A stretch of 64,000 nt of DNA from contig OX597819.1 in the NCBI GenBank assembly GCA_951406725.2, forward strand, positions 65,038,001 to 65,102,000. Direction: 5' to 3'. Below are positions 26,893-40,505 of this stretch, one piece after another (positions within the stretch are counted from its first letter, which is position 1; every line of letters begins with the position of its first letter). The notes below the pieces were generated by a model. That model was not told the origin of the DNA, searched no databases, and worked only from the letters and a program-made list of their open reading frames with translations. Source of the DNA: Octopus vulgaris. Taxonomy: Eukaryota. A program made the translations under genes and the position numbers.

Positions 26893-27481
26893 TGTAATAT
26901 ATACATGTATATTCATACGTAAGAACACACATAAACATATCCATATATAATCATATACATGAAATCATACCTAGATACATACATAAATACATACATATAT
27001 GTAAATAAAATGTGGAAGTTTGGGAAAAGCTGTGTGTTTTTTAGTAGTGTATGTTGGAAGTAACATTTCTGTTGAAATAATCAACAACGTGATGACATTT
27101 CTGAGTCTCCAGACATATTTACATCGGAAGTGGGGGCGCTTAGAGCACGACGAAGATACATGAAGCTTTCAGGCAAGTGATACAGCTGATTAGAAGCAGA
27201 TCTGTTAGCAAAGCTGGAAGTGATTTAGGTAGGCGTGGATTATTTTTAATGTTTGGATGTGTTTTTGCGCTTATCTGCGCCTGTGTATGCGTGTACATGT
27301 ACGAATTTACAAGCTAGAAACAAGGATTAGCGGCGTGATAGTTGTTGCAATACATTTTGAAATGACATATGTACGATTAGGTACTCATGCGATAAATATG
27401 TTCGCATGCTTACATACATATATACATACATACACACACACATATATATATATATGTACATACATAATAATAATAATAATG

Positions 27482-27563
<82 letters not shown>

Positions 27564-27897
27564 GGGTATCTAAGAGATACAGCCGTGCTTGAAAGAGCAG
27601 TCAAAAGTACAGTAAAAACCACCTCAAATGTTATATATATATACATATATATATATACACATATGCACATAGACACACTGATACGCCCATACAAATACAC
27701 ACATACGCTTATAGGTGAATATATACATGCATGCAAATATTAAAAAAAACACATTTAAAACAGACACAGATGTAATGCTGATTTAACTAGCTTCATACAT
27801 ACTCTCAGAGACACACAAACATTCATATGTGCATATAGAAATGGAGATCTCTCAGTATATAAGTAGGTGTATGTATATATATATATATATATATACA

Positions 27898-28245
27898 GAA
27901 ATTCAGGGTGAGTACTTGATAATCGTAAGCACCTGTATATACCGTTTGGTGGTGTAGGTGGTGGAGTAAATTAATCAAAATAAAAACATGATACCAAGGA
28001 TTCAGCGGTACATATGTTTCGGGCCTTTATTAGACGGATTTATAACAATGCATAATGTGTGTCTATGGCCTTCTTCAGCCGCGCACAACTACTACCTCAA
28101 GGACATGTATTACATCAAAAATTCTTGGTTGGGGATGCAAATCCTCTCATTCGCGTACGACATAATGCGGCAACAGCATAAAAATGAAGCGTCCATCTCG
28201 TTCTTCTCTCAATGTAGAATGAGGAAGTTTGGATGTTGAGGTAAT
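27898..28245 (-). mobile_element. PLE-type terminal repeat with hammerhead motif (28005-28082), same family as 31346
   Basis: Minus: GCGG-CUGAAGA-AGGCC-(long)-GGCCC-GAAA-CAUAUG-UA-CCGC; close match to 31346-31663. Confidence 0.8.
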
Positions 28246-29270
28246 ATAAATAAATGAATAAATAAATATATACATATATAAATACAGACAGACGTGGAGG
28301 AACCTGGTAATAAGAGCAAATAGGGATAAAGATGGAGGGGCGAGAATTCAGGACGAAGGATAAAAAAATATATAAAAATGTGAAAAATAAGACTGTAAGT
28401 ATAGAAAAATATAAAAATGTAGTATAAAGATATAAAGAGATATAAAAAATATAAATGAATATAAAGGTATAAAGCTATAAAAAAATTAAAAAAATTAAAA
28501 ATTAAAAAAATTAAAAATTAAAATATTACAAAAATTTAAAAATAAAAAAAATATATATATAAATTATCAGAAATATAAAAGAATATAAGGATAAGGATAT
28601 ACATATATTTCTATATATATATTTGTGTGTGTGTATGTATGAATGCATGTATGTATGTGTGTTTATGTGTGCATGTATCTCTATGTGAGTGTGTGTGTAT
28701 GTATACATGATTTTGCATGTGTGAATACCTTTTAAATTGAGATATGAGCATGAAAGTTTAGCCTATATGTTTATGTTTTGGTATAAACATATATATATAT
28801 ATTCCAATCGATACGTATATATATTAACAAGTGCACACACACAAGCACAGTGTGACGTGCACAGAAAGCGGTCATACATTCGTGTGTTGGTGAGTGACCA
28901 TAGAGATTTTTTTTATCTGCTGTATATTGCTTTGCCAAGGAGTAGCACACGCTGTTTGTAGTTCACATAGTTTTATAATTGATACTGAAATAATTAACAC
29001 AAGGAGACATGGAGTAACGAGGGCATAGCATTGATGTTGTGAATGTTGACTAATGGACTTTGACACATCAAATGATTGATTGATGCCTCTAAAGATTACT
29101 GAAGCAATCGAATATTATACTGGTTATGTATTTGATTAATAATGAGAGTAACTTGTGAAATACAAAACGTGCTTGCGGTTCTTATTAGCAATATGACCCA
29201 CCGTAATCACAGCAGCTTCTTTTGTAACAAGTTTCAGATCAATAATATTGGAAATCAAATATACAAAACA

Positions 29271-29358
<88 letters not shown>

Positions 29359-29559
29359 TTATATATATGTGTGTCTATATACATATATATACATATATAT
29401 GTATATATATATAGATACATAAACATATATACAGATAGATAGTTAGATAGTTAGATATATTATACACATGCATACACACACACACGCACACACACCACAC
29501 ACACTCACACACACACACTCATATATATATATATACTTTATTTAAATATACTAATATGT

Positions 29560-29616
29560 ATAACAAAAGCTGTTACTTGGAGTTTCACGTTCCCGTTCGT
29601 CGGACAGTTTTGTTAC
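29560..29616 (-). ncRNA. Hammerhead-like motif, variant core CCGACGA, long stem I
   Basis: UAACAAAACUGU-CCGACGA-ACG-GGAA-CGU-GAAA-CU-CCA-AG-UA-ACAG-C-UUUUGUUA: all three stems pair. Confidence 0.6.
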
Positions 29617-29618
29617 AC

Positions 29619-29940
29619 TATTCCTGTGCACATGAATACTTTTCAAAACCGTACGTTGGTAAAACGAAGCGCAAGTGACTGCGTACATTTGTTAGTTCGA
29701 AGATGTTAGCAGTAGAGTACACCTTACGGTGGAATATACTAAGATTTGCATTGGCAATTCCATACATGGGAGGATTAAACCCATGTCGATTAAACAGAGA
29801 GTATGTATTTAAAATTTTACTTTCTGATGTACATCTGTCCACTGAAGTCATATGTATTATACAGAAATCTTTGCTAAAAGAATTATAGTCCAATTTTTCA
29901 GTTTGGCATATTTGTTTTAGTTTTTCGTTGAGTTTCAAGA
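29619..29940 (+). pseudogene. Degenerate Penelope-like GIY-YIG endonuclease remnant
   Basis: Frame from 29619: YSCAHEYFSKPYVGKTKRK*LRT..FKILLSD..IIQKSLLKEL, resembling the YIGxTxRxLxxR motif and C-terminal helix. Confidence 0.5.
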
Positions 29941-31049
29941 ACATTGTTACTTCGCAAAATCTAATATAAATTTGGTTTCAGTGTCGAAAAGAGTTTAGCC
30001 ATTAACTGCTTTGTTGAGATTGCTTATTACTCAGTTTACAGCGTAAAAATCTCCCATTTTAGTGCTATTCTGTTATGCTTTGTAAAGCAATTTGCATGAT
30101 GAATAAAAGAGATTAAGCACGAATGCTTCTATAGAATTATATAAATGTCAAGGATTTTGTTTATGTGCTTAAGAATATACCTTCCGCTACAGATAATACA
30201 TTGCGTATATTTTAACCCCCACAGCCCTTACATTCTCCTTGCTTTCCGTTTCCCCAAATATTTTGAAATGTCATCGTTCCTGCAGAAGGCTTCCTGGTGT
30301 GTTCTGTCCCTACTCCTCCTTAGCACTTTTAGTACGTGGTCACAACCGCACCTCTGTTTTGCTGGATTTAGACACCCCGTTATATGAATCTAATATGAGA
30401 TAATAGCCGGCATAAATAGCGGTTAGTTGTTTCGACTGGTTCAATTTTCAGTTACATTTTACCTCGTATAGAATGAGAGGAGGAAAAGTAAAAGAGACAA
30501 CCTCAGATTTCATATAAGATGTGCAAGCAAAATGCACATGCGATGGTTGGTCAAATGCACATGCGTAAGTTCCACAGAAATACAGTGAAGTGGCAAAGTA
30601 TCATGGAGACGGTGGAGGAGAGAGCGTGAATGATAAAGTAATTATAGGAAGATTTATATAGCTGACAAATTTGAACTGTGCAATGATTAATTTTCCTTTG
30701 AAAGTAAGCATTCATAACTTCATTTTGGATGATCAAACAGAAATGTGATATAAGTACATAATTATGATTGTTACATGTATGTTGTAGTTTCTAATATTAC
30801 TCATTGTGACACCAATACATTTCACGAGTTACTATACATATTAAGAGTAATGTTCTGGATTGATTTGGATTGCCTCTTTTCAGTCCATTGTAGAACGGAA
30901 GCCTCGACATGCTTACTACCTCAACTACGGTCTGATCTTGAGGCCGTGGATTTAAGCTTAGATCTCACTGGTTTTATGACACTTTTCCACCACAGTGGCT
31001 CAACAGAGTTTTTATAGTCATTTTTTATAGTCATTCTCAAGAGTAGTTA

Positions 31050-31205
31050 AGTCGATTACTTTCACGAGTGCTCAACTATTTTATCGATTCTGAGAGGATG
31101 AAAGGCAAAGACAACCTCGACGGAATTTGAACTCAGAACGTAAAGGTGGACGAAATACTGCTAAGTATTTAGCCCGGTGTTATCACGATTCGGCCAGCTC
31201 ACCGG
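31050..31205 (-). mobile_element. SINE family B
   Basis: ggatgaaaggcaaagacaacctcgacggaatttgaactcagaacgtaaag is the reverse complement of the 63036 family. Weaker copies at about 19545-19680 and 20070-20230. Confidence 0.75.
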
Positions 31206-31345
31206 GTAATGCCCTAATATATATATACACATACATATGTATTTATGTATGTATGTATGTATGTATGTATGTATGTATGTATGTATGTATGTATGTATGT
31301 ATGTATGTATGTATGTATGTGTGTGTATAAATATATATATATATA

Positions 31346-31902
31346 GAAATTCGGGGTGAGTACTTGATAATTATAAGCACCTGTGTATACCGTTTGGTGG
31401 TGTAGGTGGTGGAGTAAATTGATCAAAATAAAATAAAAACATGATGCGAAGGATTCAGCGGTACATATGTTTCGGGCCTTTATTAGACAGATTTATAACA
31501 ATGCATAATGTATGTCTGTGGCCTTCTTCAGCGCGCACAACAGCTTCCGCAAGGACATGTGTTACATCAAAAATTCTTGGTTGGGGATGCAAATCCTCTC
31601 ATTCACGTACGACATAATGCGGCAGCAGCATAGAATTGAAGCGTCCATCTCTTTCTTCTCTCAATGAGAGAAGAAAGAGATGGACGCTTCAATTCTATGC
31701 TGCTGCCGCATTATGTCGTACGTGAATGAGAGGATTTGCATCCCAACCAAGAATTTTGATGTACACATGTCCTTGCGGAAGCTGTTGTGCGCGGCTGAAG
31801 AAGGCCACAGACATACATTATGCATTGTTATAAATCTGTCTAATAAAGGCCCGAAACATATGTACCGCTGAATCCTTCGCATCATGTTTTTATTTTATTT
31901 TG

Positions 31903-31904
<2 letters not shown>
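31346..31904. mobile_element. PLE-type insertion forming a near-perfect palindrome (arms 31422-31663 and 31665-31904)
   Basis: About 240-bp arms, 1-nt centre (ctctca-a-tgagag), (TA)n on both sides. Confidence 0.9.
31791..31868 (+). ncRNA. Type-I hammerhead ribozyme motif with intact core
   Basis: GCGG-CUGAAGA-AGGCC-ACAGA..UCUGU..GGCCC-GAAA-CAUAUG-UA-CCGC; palindromic ACAUAUGU stem III, GUA cleavage triplet. Confidence 0.7.
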
Positions 31905-31963
<59 letters not shown>

Positions 31964-33162
31964 CGACATTAATATTCCTCATTCGCTCAGTGTTCGTCAC
32001 CGGCTTACCGTCCGATATTGTTGGGAGCTAAATCAATCCATCAGCTTTAATTTGTGCTAATGCCTTTCATCCAATAATATTGTGCCAAATACAAAGTTCT
32101 TCATTTCTTAAGGATGATAATGTCTTTAAAAAGCTTCCGAGATATGTACTAATTTGATTTTGCCCGCGTTTTTGTTAATGTACAACCGTATTTTCTTAGA
32201 TATGAGAATTATTATTTTTTTCTCTTTTTGATGCCCCATTAATAAAAATATATCAGATTTATCAAAATAAAAACTAAACCAAAAATGAAATGTTGGTGCA
32301 TTACCATATTAATTGTTAAAATTTCGGCTGGTCTCCACTGCATTAGATGGAATAATAACGCATTTCCTTGTTACCAATTAATTTAATGCATACCTAATTT
32401 AATAATATAATAGTCCCATTTGTATCCTTATTAAGTGACACTTGATAAAAAATGATGCGGCAGTGTCTTAGGAGACTTATTGCATATCACTGATTACATT
32501 ATTTTATGTTTCCCCACACTTTTAAAGACTTTAATGAGTGATAACTAAGATAACTCGCATCTAATTATAGTATGTTGAGCGACCAATTACGGGCGTCCTA
32601 CTTTCACTATTAAACAAACGTAGAATAATATAAAGAAAAAATGTGGTGGATAAGTTGATGGATAGAAATTAAAACCTAAATTTGTAAAGAATATCACTTA
32701 TTAGAGAATGATACAATATCGCATAACTGATAATTTAAAATAAGAAGGGAGGTGGGAAATTCAAACTGAAGTTAAGCCTAATTTGAAATCCGAACATAGA
32801 GACACGTTTCACCGATGCTGCAGTCGATGCCATCAGGAACCAATGAAAATATATGATACGACAAAAATAATGGGCAAGACGCACGCAGACAGAAAAGAAA
32901 ACGTGAAATAATAGCAATATAAAGGCCCAGACAAGCAAACGAAAAATATAAATAAAATAAAACTGGAGCAGACGGAGAACTGACAACGGAAATAATACTT
33001 TGTCATATATTTGACAATGGCGAGTGGTAAATAATTGTGAAAGCTGTCTTTTTCTAAAGAATTTATCTCAGCTCTTGTTAACTTCTTGTTCGTTGGAAAG
33101 GTACGTTACGATACACACATACAAGTAGAGATAAATACATAGTTAATATAAGCACCCACACG

Positions 33163-33240
<78 letters not shown>

Positions 33241-33968
33241 CACGTTTGCACACAGCCACACACTCATATACACACGCCCACACAGACACTCATACACGCA
33301 GACATACATGAAGTCAGTGTTACATATAGGAGTGTCTCTGTGTGTGTACACAAACGCATACATATATAGAAACGTATATATTAATAAATGGAAAGAGAGA
33401 GAAAGACAGAGAGAACGAGAGAGTGAGAGAGAGTGATTCAAGAAAGAGACAGAGAAACAGACAAAGACATAGATAGAGAGAAAGAATCATACACACTTAT
33501 ACAATATTATATTTCTGAAATATATGATTACGCATGTATTTAATATAAACGTATGGATATATTGAAAGGCACACGTATAAAATAACATACGCAAACACAA
33601 TTTCTCTCGCACACACATTATATTCCAGCTATCCTCGACTATCTGTACATGGCGATGTCATCTAAATTTTCCGAATTGTCATTGGAAGGAACAAATAAAA
33701 TACACAATAGAAAAACTGTCGAAAGAAAAAAATAAGTAAAATAGAATTATATAAGAACATATGATATAGGTAAATCGAATAAACACTATGAAGAAGAATA
33801 AAACTTACTGTCTACCGGAAATTATCATCATCAATTATTGTATTGACGGCATATTCCTAGCGGTTTCATGATATGTACATACATACATACATATGCGTGT
33901 GTGTGTGTGTCTGTGTGTGTATATACATATGTTTGTGTGCCAATGTATATAGTATTTCATAAACATAC

Positions 33969-34109
33969 ATCCTATGGGTCGATGGTGGAGAATCACTCAG
34001 GCCACTAGACGAATAGAAGCCTTCAATGATACGTAGATTAATAGACGATGCGTTGGTTATGTACGTTTTATTCGACGCCCATTCTCTCATCACTATTGTC
34101 ACTAAATGC
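33969..34109 (-). CDS. Candidate internal coding exon (141 bp) of an unidentified gene
   Basis: Acceptor catattcag|G, donor GGAT|gtatgt; only one open frame, [46 protein letters not shown]; unique sequence between microsatellites. Confidence 0.3.
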
Positions 34110-34141
34110 CTGAATATGTATACAGCCACCTTACACACGCA

Positions 34142-34189
<48 letters not shown>

Positions 34190-34726
34190 CATATATATAT
34201 ATGTATACATATATATATGTATGTATATATATATATATGTATATATATAGATGTATGTATATAATATATGTATGTATATATATATGTATGTATATATAAA
34301 TGTATGTATATATACATCTATATATATACATATATATATATATATACATACATATATATATGTATACATATATATATATGTATGTATATATATATTTATG
34401 CTCTGCAATGACTTAATTCCGAAACCTGCGTCCGTAGGTAAATTAATATAGGATGATTTTCGTCATTTCTTTCTCTTTTGCCTGCGTCGTTTGTTTTTTA
34501 AGTGCTTTGGTTTTACTGGGATCTCCCTTTTAAAATAGAAAGAGTAGCCAAAACCTTTTGACTGCTATTTCTAAATTCGGTATGTGGTGAGGCAAATCGT
34601 TGCTGAACCCTTAATTACTTAGTATTACTTAAACCTTCCTTGAATGGGTCTTTTACATGCCGAACTCTTCTTGGTGAAATTAATGATTATTTCTAAATTA
34701 ATAATTAATTTCACTCTTTATTATTG

Positions 34727-34784
<58 letters not shown>

Positions 34785-34856
34785 GTATATATGTATATAT
34801 ATATACAGATACATACATACAGATATTTATATATACGTATATATACACGCACGCAC

Positions 34857-34928
<72 letters not shown>

Positions 34929-35759
34929 GTACATACAACGCTTATTTTTACCAGCAAGGTTATAAATTTGCTGCTGTGTTAGCATCGTTTTGTTTCATTG
35001 CTAGAATGTTCTATAAAGTATATATCTATAAAGTGTTTGATAACACTCTATATGACATCGAAAATGTCAACCACATATTGTTATACAGAATTGATTGCGA
35101 GTACATAAAAGATGAAGGAATATATGTGCTTGCTTCTTGTTTTAGCTTCTTTCGAACTCCTCAAAATATTTGAAATCTGCTGTGCATACGACTAATTCTT
35201 AATTTAGCGAACATATACTCTATACGAACCGCTACGATTTTAAGTGAACGGGATACTCAGTTTATGGTGTTGCAACTGGTCATTGTTGCAATTTCTTTCT
35301 GTTTTGCACTGTATGTTTTCCAAGGAATTAAGAATGTCAAATATGTTGTATATATCTCAAAGTGATGAAGCTAGATATCGTCAATATATTTATTATTTAG
35401 CTGCCGTTAATCTGTCAAATATATGCTAAATATACTAAATGGGAAACTCATTTCATTCCAAACGCTAATATTACTGGTTTTATAAGTATTTTGTTCATGC
35501 ATTCTTAGGAAGCTGCACGGCTGCTGATGCATTTTCAAGCAAATTTGAAATGTATTGCATATGCTCTTCTTCTGCTAGTGAATATTTTCTGTATATAGAC
35601 GTTAGTTCTACCATAAGGTCATCTATAGAAATAGTCCGTAATATATTATAGCAGAGCAAATGCAAATGTATTTTGGAGTATATGGCAAAAGTTAACTCGT
35701 TCCCATGTATATTGATTTCATGTAAGTTTGTAGAGTTCGTGGATATTACAATCGATCCA

Positions 35760-36270
35760 GCAAAGAGAGGACAACCGACAGCCAAGATTTTTCAAGCCAG
35801 TTTCAGGTTTGTTTGGAGAAACTTTTCTACGTCCTTCCTCATCAGAGAGAAGATAACTACGTGACAATGCCGAATTTATGCATCAGCATGTTGTGGAAGA
35901 GAAGGAACAGACCGCCTTAGCTGAGATCTTGAAAGTTTCAGTGGCGAATGTAAAGTAAATCTCAAACCAGTTGTGTCCCTAGGTAACACCTCAATGCCAA
36001 GATTTTTGTAAGTTATCCATAGTAGAATCTGGAAGGAAAAAATTCCTCGAGACATTTCTTTACATTTCTCTAACCGAGAATCCCATCACTCATACCAATC
36101 AAAAGTATTCTCTGTAGTGGCAAAGATCATTTAAAACAATTGCACTGCTCGACCCTAGATATTAATGGGCACTTGATGAATTTGCAGATGCCGTGCCCCA
36201 TATCCATGACTGCAGTTCTGTCAAAGAGACAAGATACGCGAAGAGAAACACCCGACAGCGGTAACGAGAC
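35760..36270 (+). mobile_element. Highly decayed RTE-like reverse transcriptase fragment
   Basis: Stop-riddled frame with GTDRLS..SRIWKEKIPRD..SYQSKVFSVVAKII, resembling G.D../IW...IP.D/NYR.ISLLSV..KI of non-LTR RTs. Confidence 0.35.
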
Positions 36271-37879
36271 CTGCTCAGAATAAACCTAACACTGCACTTC
36301 GCACAGCTTTAGTGCATCAACGGCACACTGAGCGTGCTTTCCAGAAGGCACTGGTAACAAACCAAAATGTTTGCAAGGACAATTTTAATTCAAACTGATC
36401 TATCGATATTAATATAACTCGTTTATGTAATTCATTACTCTGCCATTATATTTCATAGCAACATCACTGCGATAGTTAATCTATGTAAACGTTATTTACG
36501 TTATAAATCTTAATTCTGCAATTGAATTCCTTTTTAATGTGAGTCTGATTCTATTCTAGTATACATTTTTAGTTTTCCTTTTCAATGTCATATTCAACAG
36601 ATATCTTAACAGTTTCATTCCGATGTATTTTTAATAACTATTCTATTATTTTTGTCTGAATTAGATGTCTAAATCTAAAATTGAATCTTGAATTTTAATT
36701 AATTTGCGAATTTTACAATACATTTGGTGTGTTGTTTGCCCAATGCCACACTCATTTTAATATCACTTTCAAAACATTCATCAGTTTCTTTACAGAAGTT
36801 TTGTTTCCTATTTATAGATCTTTTTCTAAGACAATGGAATTACATTAGATTTAGATTACCTGGAGCGTAACCATTGTTTCATTAAGCCTATTCTTTAGCT
36901 TTTCCATAACGAGACAGATGAATAACGCGAAGAAATTAATTTATTTCCCTAACAAATCCTTCCTCTCAACATAAGTAAAAGATTGCATTGCTACATTTCT
37001 TTTCTTTAATTTCGAATTATAATAAAACATTCTGAGACCAGCGACCTCAGAAACTGCATTATTGTATATATACACCCTTTGTGTGTACGAAAGTGAGTTC
37101 ATAAAGAATAGTTGGCGATATCGGCAGGTGTGAATGGAACACTTTTAAGAATCCCGCTATTTCTTTAATTCGAAATTAAGAATTTATCTTTCTTCCAATG
37201 TTCATGTGTAGGAGAGTGATGAAGTTAAAACTGATGTAAGTTAGTCGGCGTTGAACAGTTGATGGCATGCTTTAGTTTAGATGAAATGGGTTCTCTTGCA
37301 ATGTAAAATGGTTAAACATAGAAGACGCCGAGGGAAAGGATGTTGAAAACCCAATGCAGCTTAATACAGAAAGCAGGGGTTATATCTATGTCCTGACACT
37401 TCTTAGATATGTGTTCAAAGTGTGGGATATGCGGATGTCAAACATGTATCGCTGCTAAATATCAATATGCTTTCTACCCACAACCGAAATAACAGAGGAT
37501 CTCAAATCGACTACTTTAAAATGACAAGGACATCTCCAACAGCAGCAGCAGCCGTTCAAGTATTTGGACCTGGAGATCTCCATTTCCAGCGACTTCGAGG
37601 GCCACCTCCCAGTGGTGTCGGGCATCAACGAAGAGCCCTCAACTACAACAAGACGACCAAAGTTTTTTGTCCAAGGTCTTGGGTCTCCCGCACCTTAGTC
37701 CTAGACCATCACCTAATCACCCTTACCCGTCTTGTTGCTTAACAACAACAACAACATCAGCAACAACAGCAGCAGCGTTATGAGAAAGGTAGGTAAGAAC
37801 AATGCAGTCAGAAAAAAGGAAGAGTAAAGTAAACACCACTCCGCAAAGTCTGTAAATCATAATATCAAATAAACCCATA

Positions 37880-38312
37880 CATCATTTACATTATTTACAT
37901 TTGATGGATATTTGTCCTCATCATGTTTGTTGTTAATACAACATTTCGGCTCATATACCTGCCAGCCTTCATCAGGTGTCTTGGGGAAATTTGGAACCTG
38001 GGTTCTCATTCCTAACGTATAGATGATCATGTATGGAAAAATGGAGACCACCTCCCTCTGTGGGACAAAGTTAAAATGATAGAGAGAAGACACCACTGAA
38101 AAATACGAAAGCTAAAAGAAGCAGCACATATACTAGGACACAACAACCTCCTAAGGAGACCGAGTGCAGATATGAATAGCATATGGGAGGCGGTATTATG
38201 GACGGATAGGAAAATATTAGATTTATAAGCCCTAAAATTCACTCTGTAATTGACCACGGGTATATAGTATAGTGGTTAAGAGCGCGGGCTACTAACACTA
38301 AGATCCTGAGTT
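37880..38312 (+). mobile_element. Penelope-like fragment: inverted hammerhead-bearing repeat + GIY-YIG C-terminus + tRNA-like 3' UTR
   Basis: 37880-38020 is the family body (hammerhead 37935-37980, minus); 38019-38228 is the ORF end; 38254-38312 is the same tRNA-like head as 4392-4471, now on plus. Confidence 0.8.
38019..38228 (+). pseudogene. PLE GIY-YIG endonuclease C-terminus (one internal stop)
   Basis: DHVWKNGDHLPLWDKVKMIERRHH*KIRKLKEAAHILGHNNLLRRPSADMNSIWEAVL..* fits the PLE pattern H....H...W..V.I......R..KE..I....N.......IW; TGA at 38097-38099. Confidence 0.8.
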
Positions 38313-39723
38313 GCAATGCCTTCCTCCGATATTCTTATCGCATGTCCGTACTATCGGACCCCTAACCCCCTGATGCGTATTGTCACCTCTTCATATTTTA
38401 ATGAACATATTTAATGCAGGCATTATAGTAATGGTATTGTAGTCGGTGGGCGTAGGAGCAATTCACAGATATTTTCAGGTGATAGAGTGCTTCTGGTTTA
38501 TCAAGGGCCCTAGCATTCACTAACACTTGTGCAATGCTTAGAATTAGAATTTCAAAAACGCCAATGAACAACTCTCAACCAACCACCAAATACGTGCCAG
38601 ATAAGCGAACAACTCTCCCTGCTAGTGCATCTTTTAAAAGGAAAATCTAAGGACACAATGGATAATGTATTCCAGAAAAGGATACTCTATCATCACTGCC
38701 AAATCACCTTTGATCGATGATTTGTTAAAGAAAATTAACACAAATCGCTAATTCAGCGCCTACAAGTATCAATACAAAAAAGATGACATTAACAGAAGAA
38801 AACTTGTAAAAACAGCAAGAACATCAAACATGTCCTAGATAAAAATTCGTTTAAAAAGTAGTTCTGACATTTACGGCGGAAACGTCTTTCATCGCTGCTC
38901 CCTCCCAGCTAAAAAAAGTAAAAATATCCAGCTACGACTACAACAGTGACGATGAAGGATGCGACGGATAATCGAGTCCCAAAAGTGATGCATCTCAAAA
39001 GAAGGAAACTAGCTAACGGCTGTAAAACATTTGATCGTAGATCTATATGGAATAATGAACAATTTCAAGGACAATAATAACCACAAATACAAGAATTAGA
39101 ACACTATCACACCCACGTTTAAAATACTTTTATAGAAAATGTTCTTACATGGTCTAAAGTTTTTGGAATCGAGTTTTTGCTGAGTAAAATCTGTATAGTA
39201 TTTCAGTGAAAGATCATTTTATTAAAAATATGGTAAAGAAAATTCCATTACTTTCGCTATATTGGTGAAAGTTTGAAATTTCATTATTGCATATTATATC
39301 ATTTATCACGTTGTCATTTCTGATAAACGTTTCATGAGAAAACAAACTTATATAATTCGCAGAAGCAATCCTTCAAGAGTGTGTTTTCTTTCTTTCTCAC
39401 TCTGCTAATGTATTTATATACTTTGTGGTTATGCAATTTTTCTATGTATTTGTTGTTTCAATTTGTGCATACATCTGTGTATGTGCATGTGTGTGTAGGC
39501 TTGTGAATTTTATAGCATTGCTTCTATATTAGTTTCCGTATATGTATGTATGTGCGTATTTATAGAAGAAAATGTAAGTATATTATATGTGTAAATATAT
39601 CAAGAACAACTTGGATACTTGTGGATATATAAGTATCTTCGTGTGAAATTGTAGGTGTTTACAAATATATAAGTGTATGCAAGCGTGTACGTGAGTATAC
39701 ATACATATACACACATATATATA

Positions 39724-39773
<50 letters not shown>

Positions 39774-40505
39774 TACATACAGACACATAGACACACACAT
39801 AGGTATTTCGAAACTTTAATAGGTTAAAACAGTTTTGCATAGATCAATCGAGAGACGGAGAATTATGAACAGTAAGAGGGAGAGAGAGGGGGAGGAGAAG
39901 AATAAAAGGGAGAAAGAGAGAGGAGAAGATAGAGATTTAGACGTTATTACATCATTACCTCATCAGATACTAATTGCATCAATCTCCTGTTTCATTCTTA
40001 TGAAAATTGTTGTTCTTTTATTATATTTCTATGTCTATATTATTAAAGACTACACAAGTTTATTTTCTTATTATCTTCGTTTCCGTTATATTCATTATTT
40101 GAAATATGACGTCTAACAAAAACAAATGTCTGGAGACCAAACACATTTTGTATGTTTTTACGTGATGATATTAATAAATTAAATAGTCGGAAATATATAT
40201 AATAGTAAGATATAACAGATTTAAATGTCTACGAAGTTTTCATAAAATTTACGATATTTTTCAACGGAAAAGCCCTAAAATTCTGCAATTTTTTTAAATT
40301 TAATTATTTGGTCAGGCGTACCTATGTGTGTCTCTGTACATATGTACCATGAAAACTGCTTTTGGCATGTTTACGTCCCCGTAACTTAGTCGTTCGAAAA
40401 AAGATACCGATAGAATATGTACTAGCCTTACAAAGAATACTTTCTGGGGTTTATTTAAGGTAGTTCCCAGCATGCCCTCAGTCAAATGACGAAAATAAGT
40501 AAAAG

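Noticed and set aside
35495-35785. 96-aa minus-strand ORF
   Set aside because: No recognisable domain; adjoins a decayed LINE-like region on the opposite strand.
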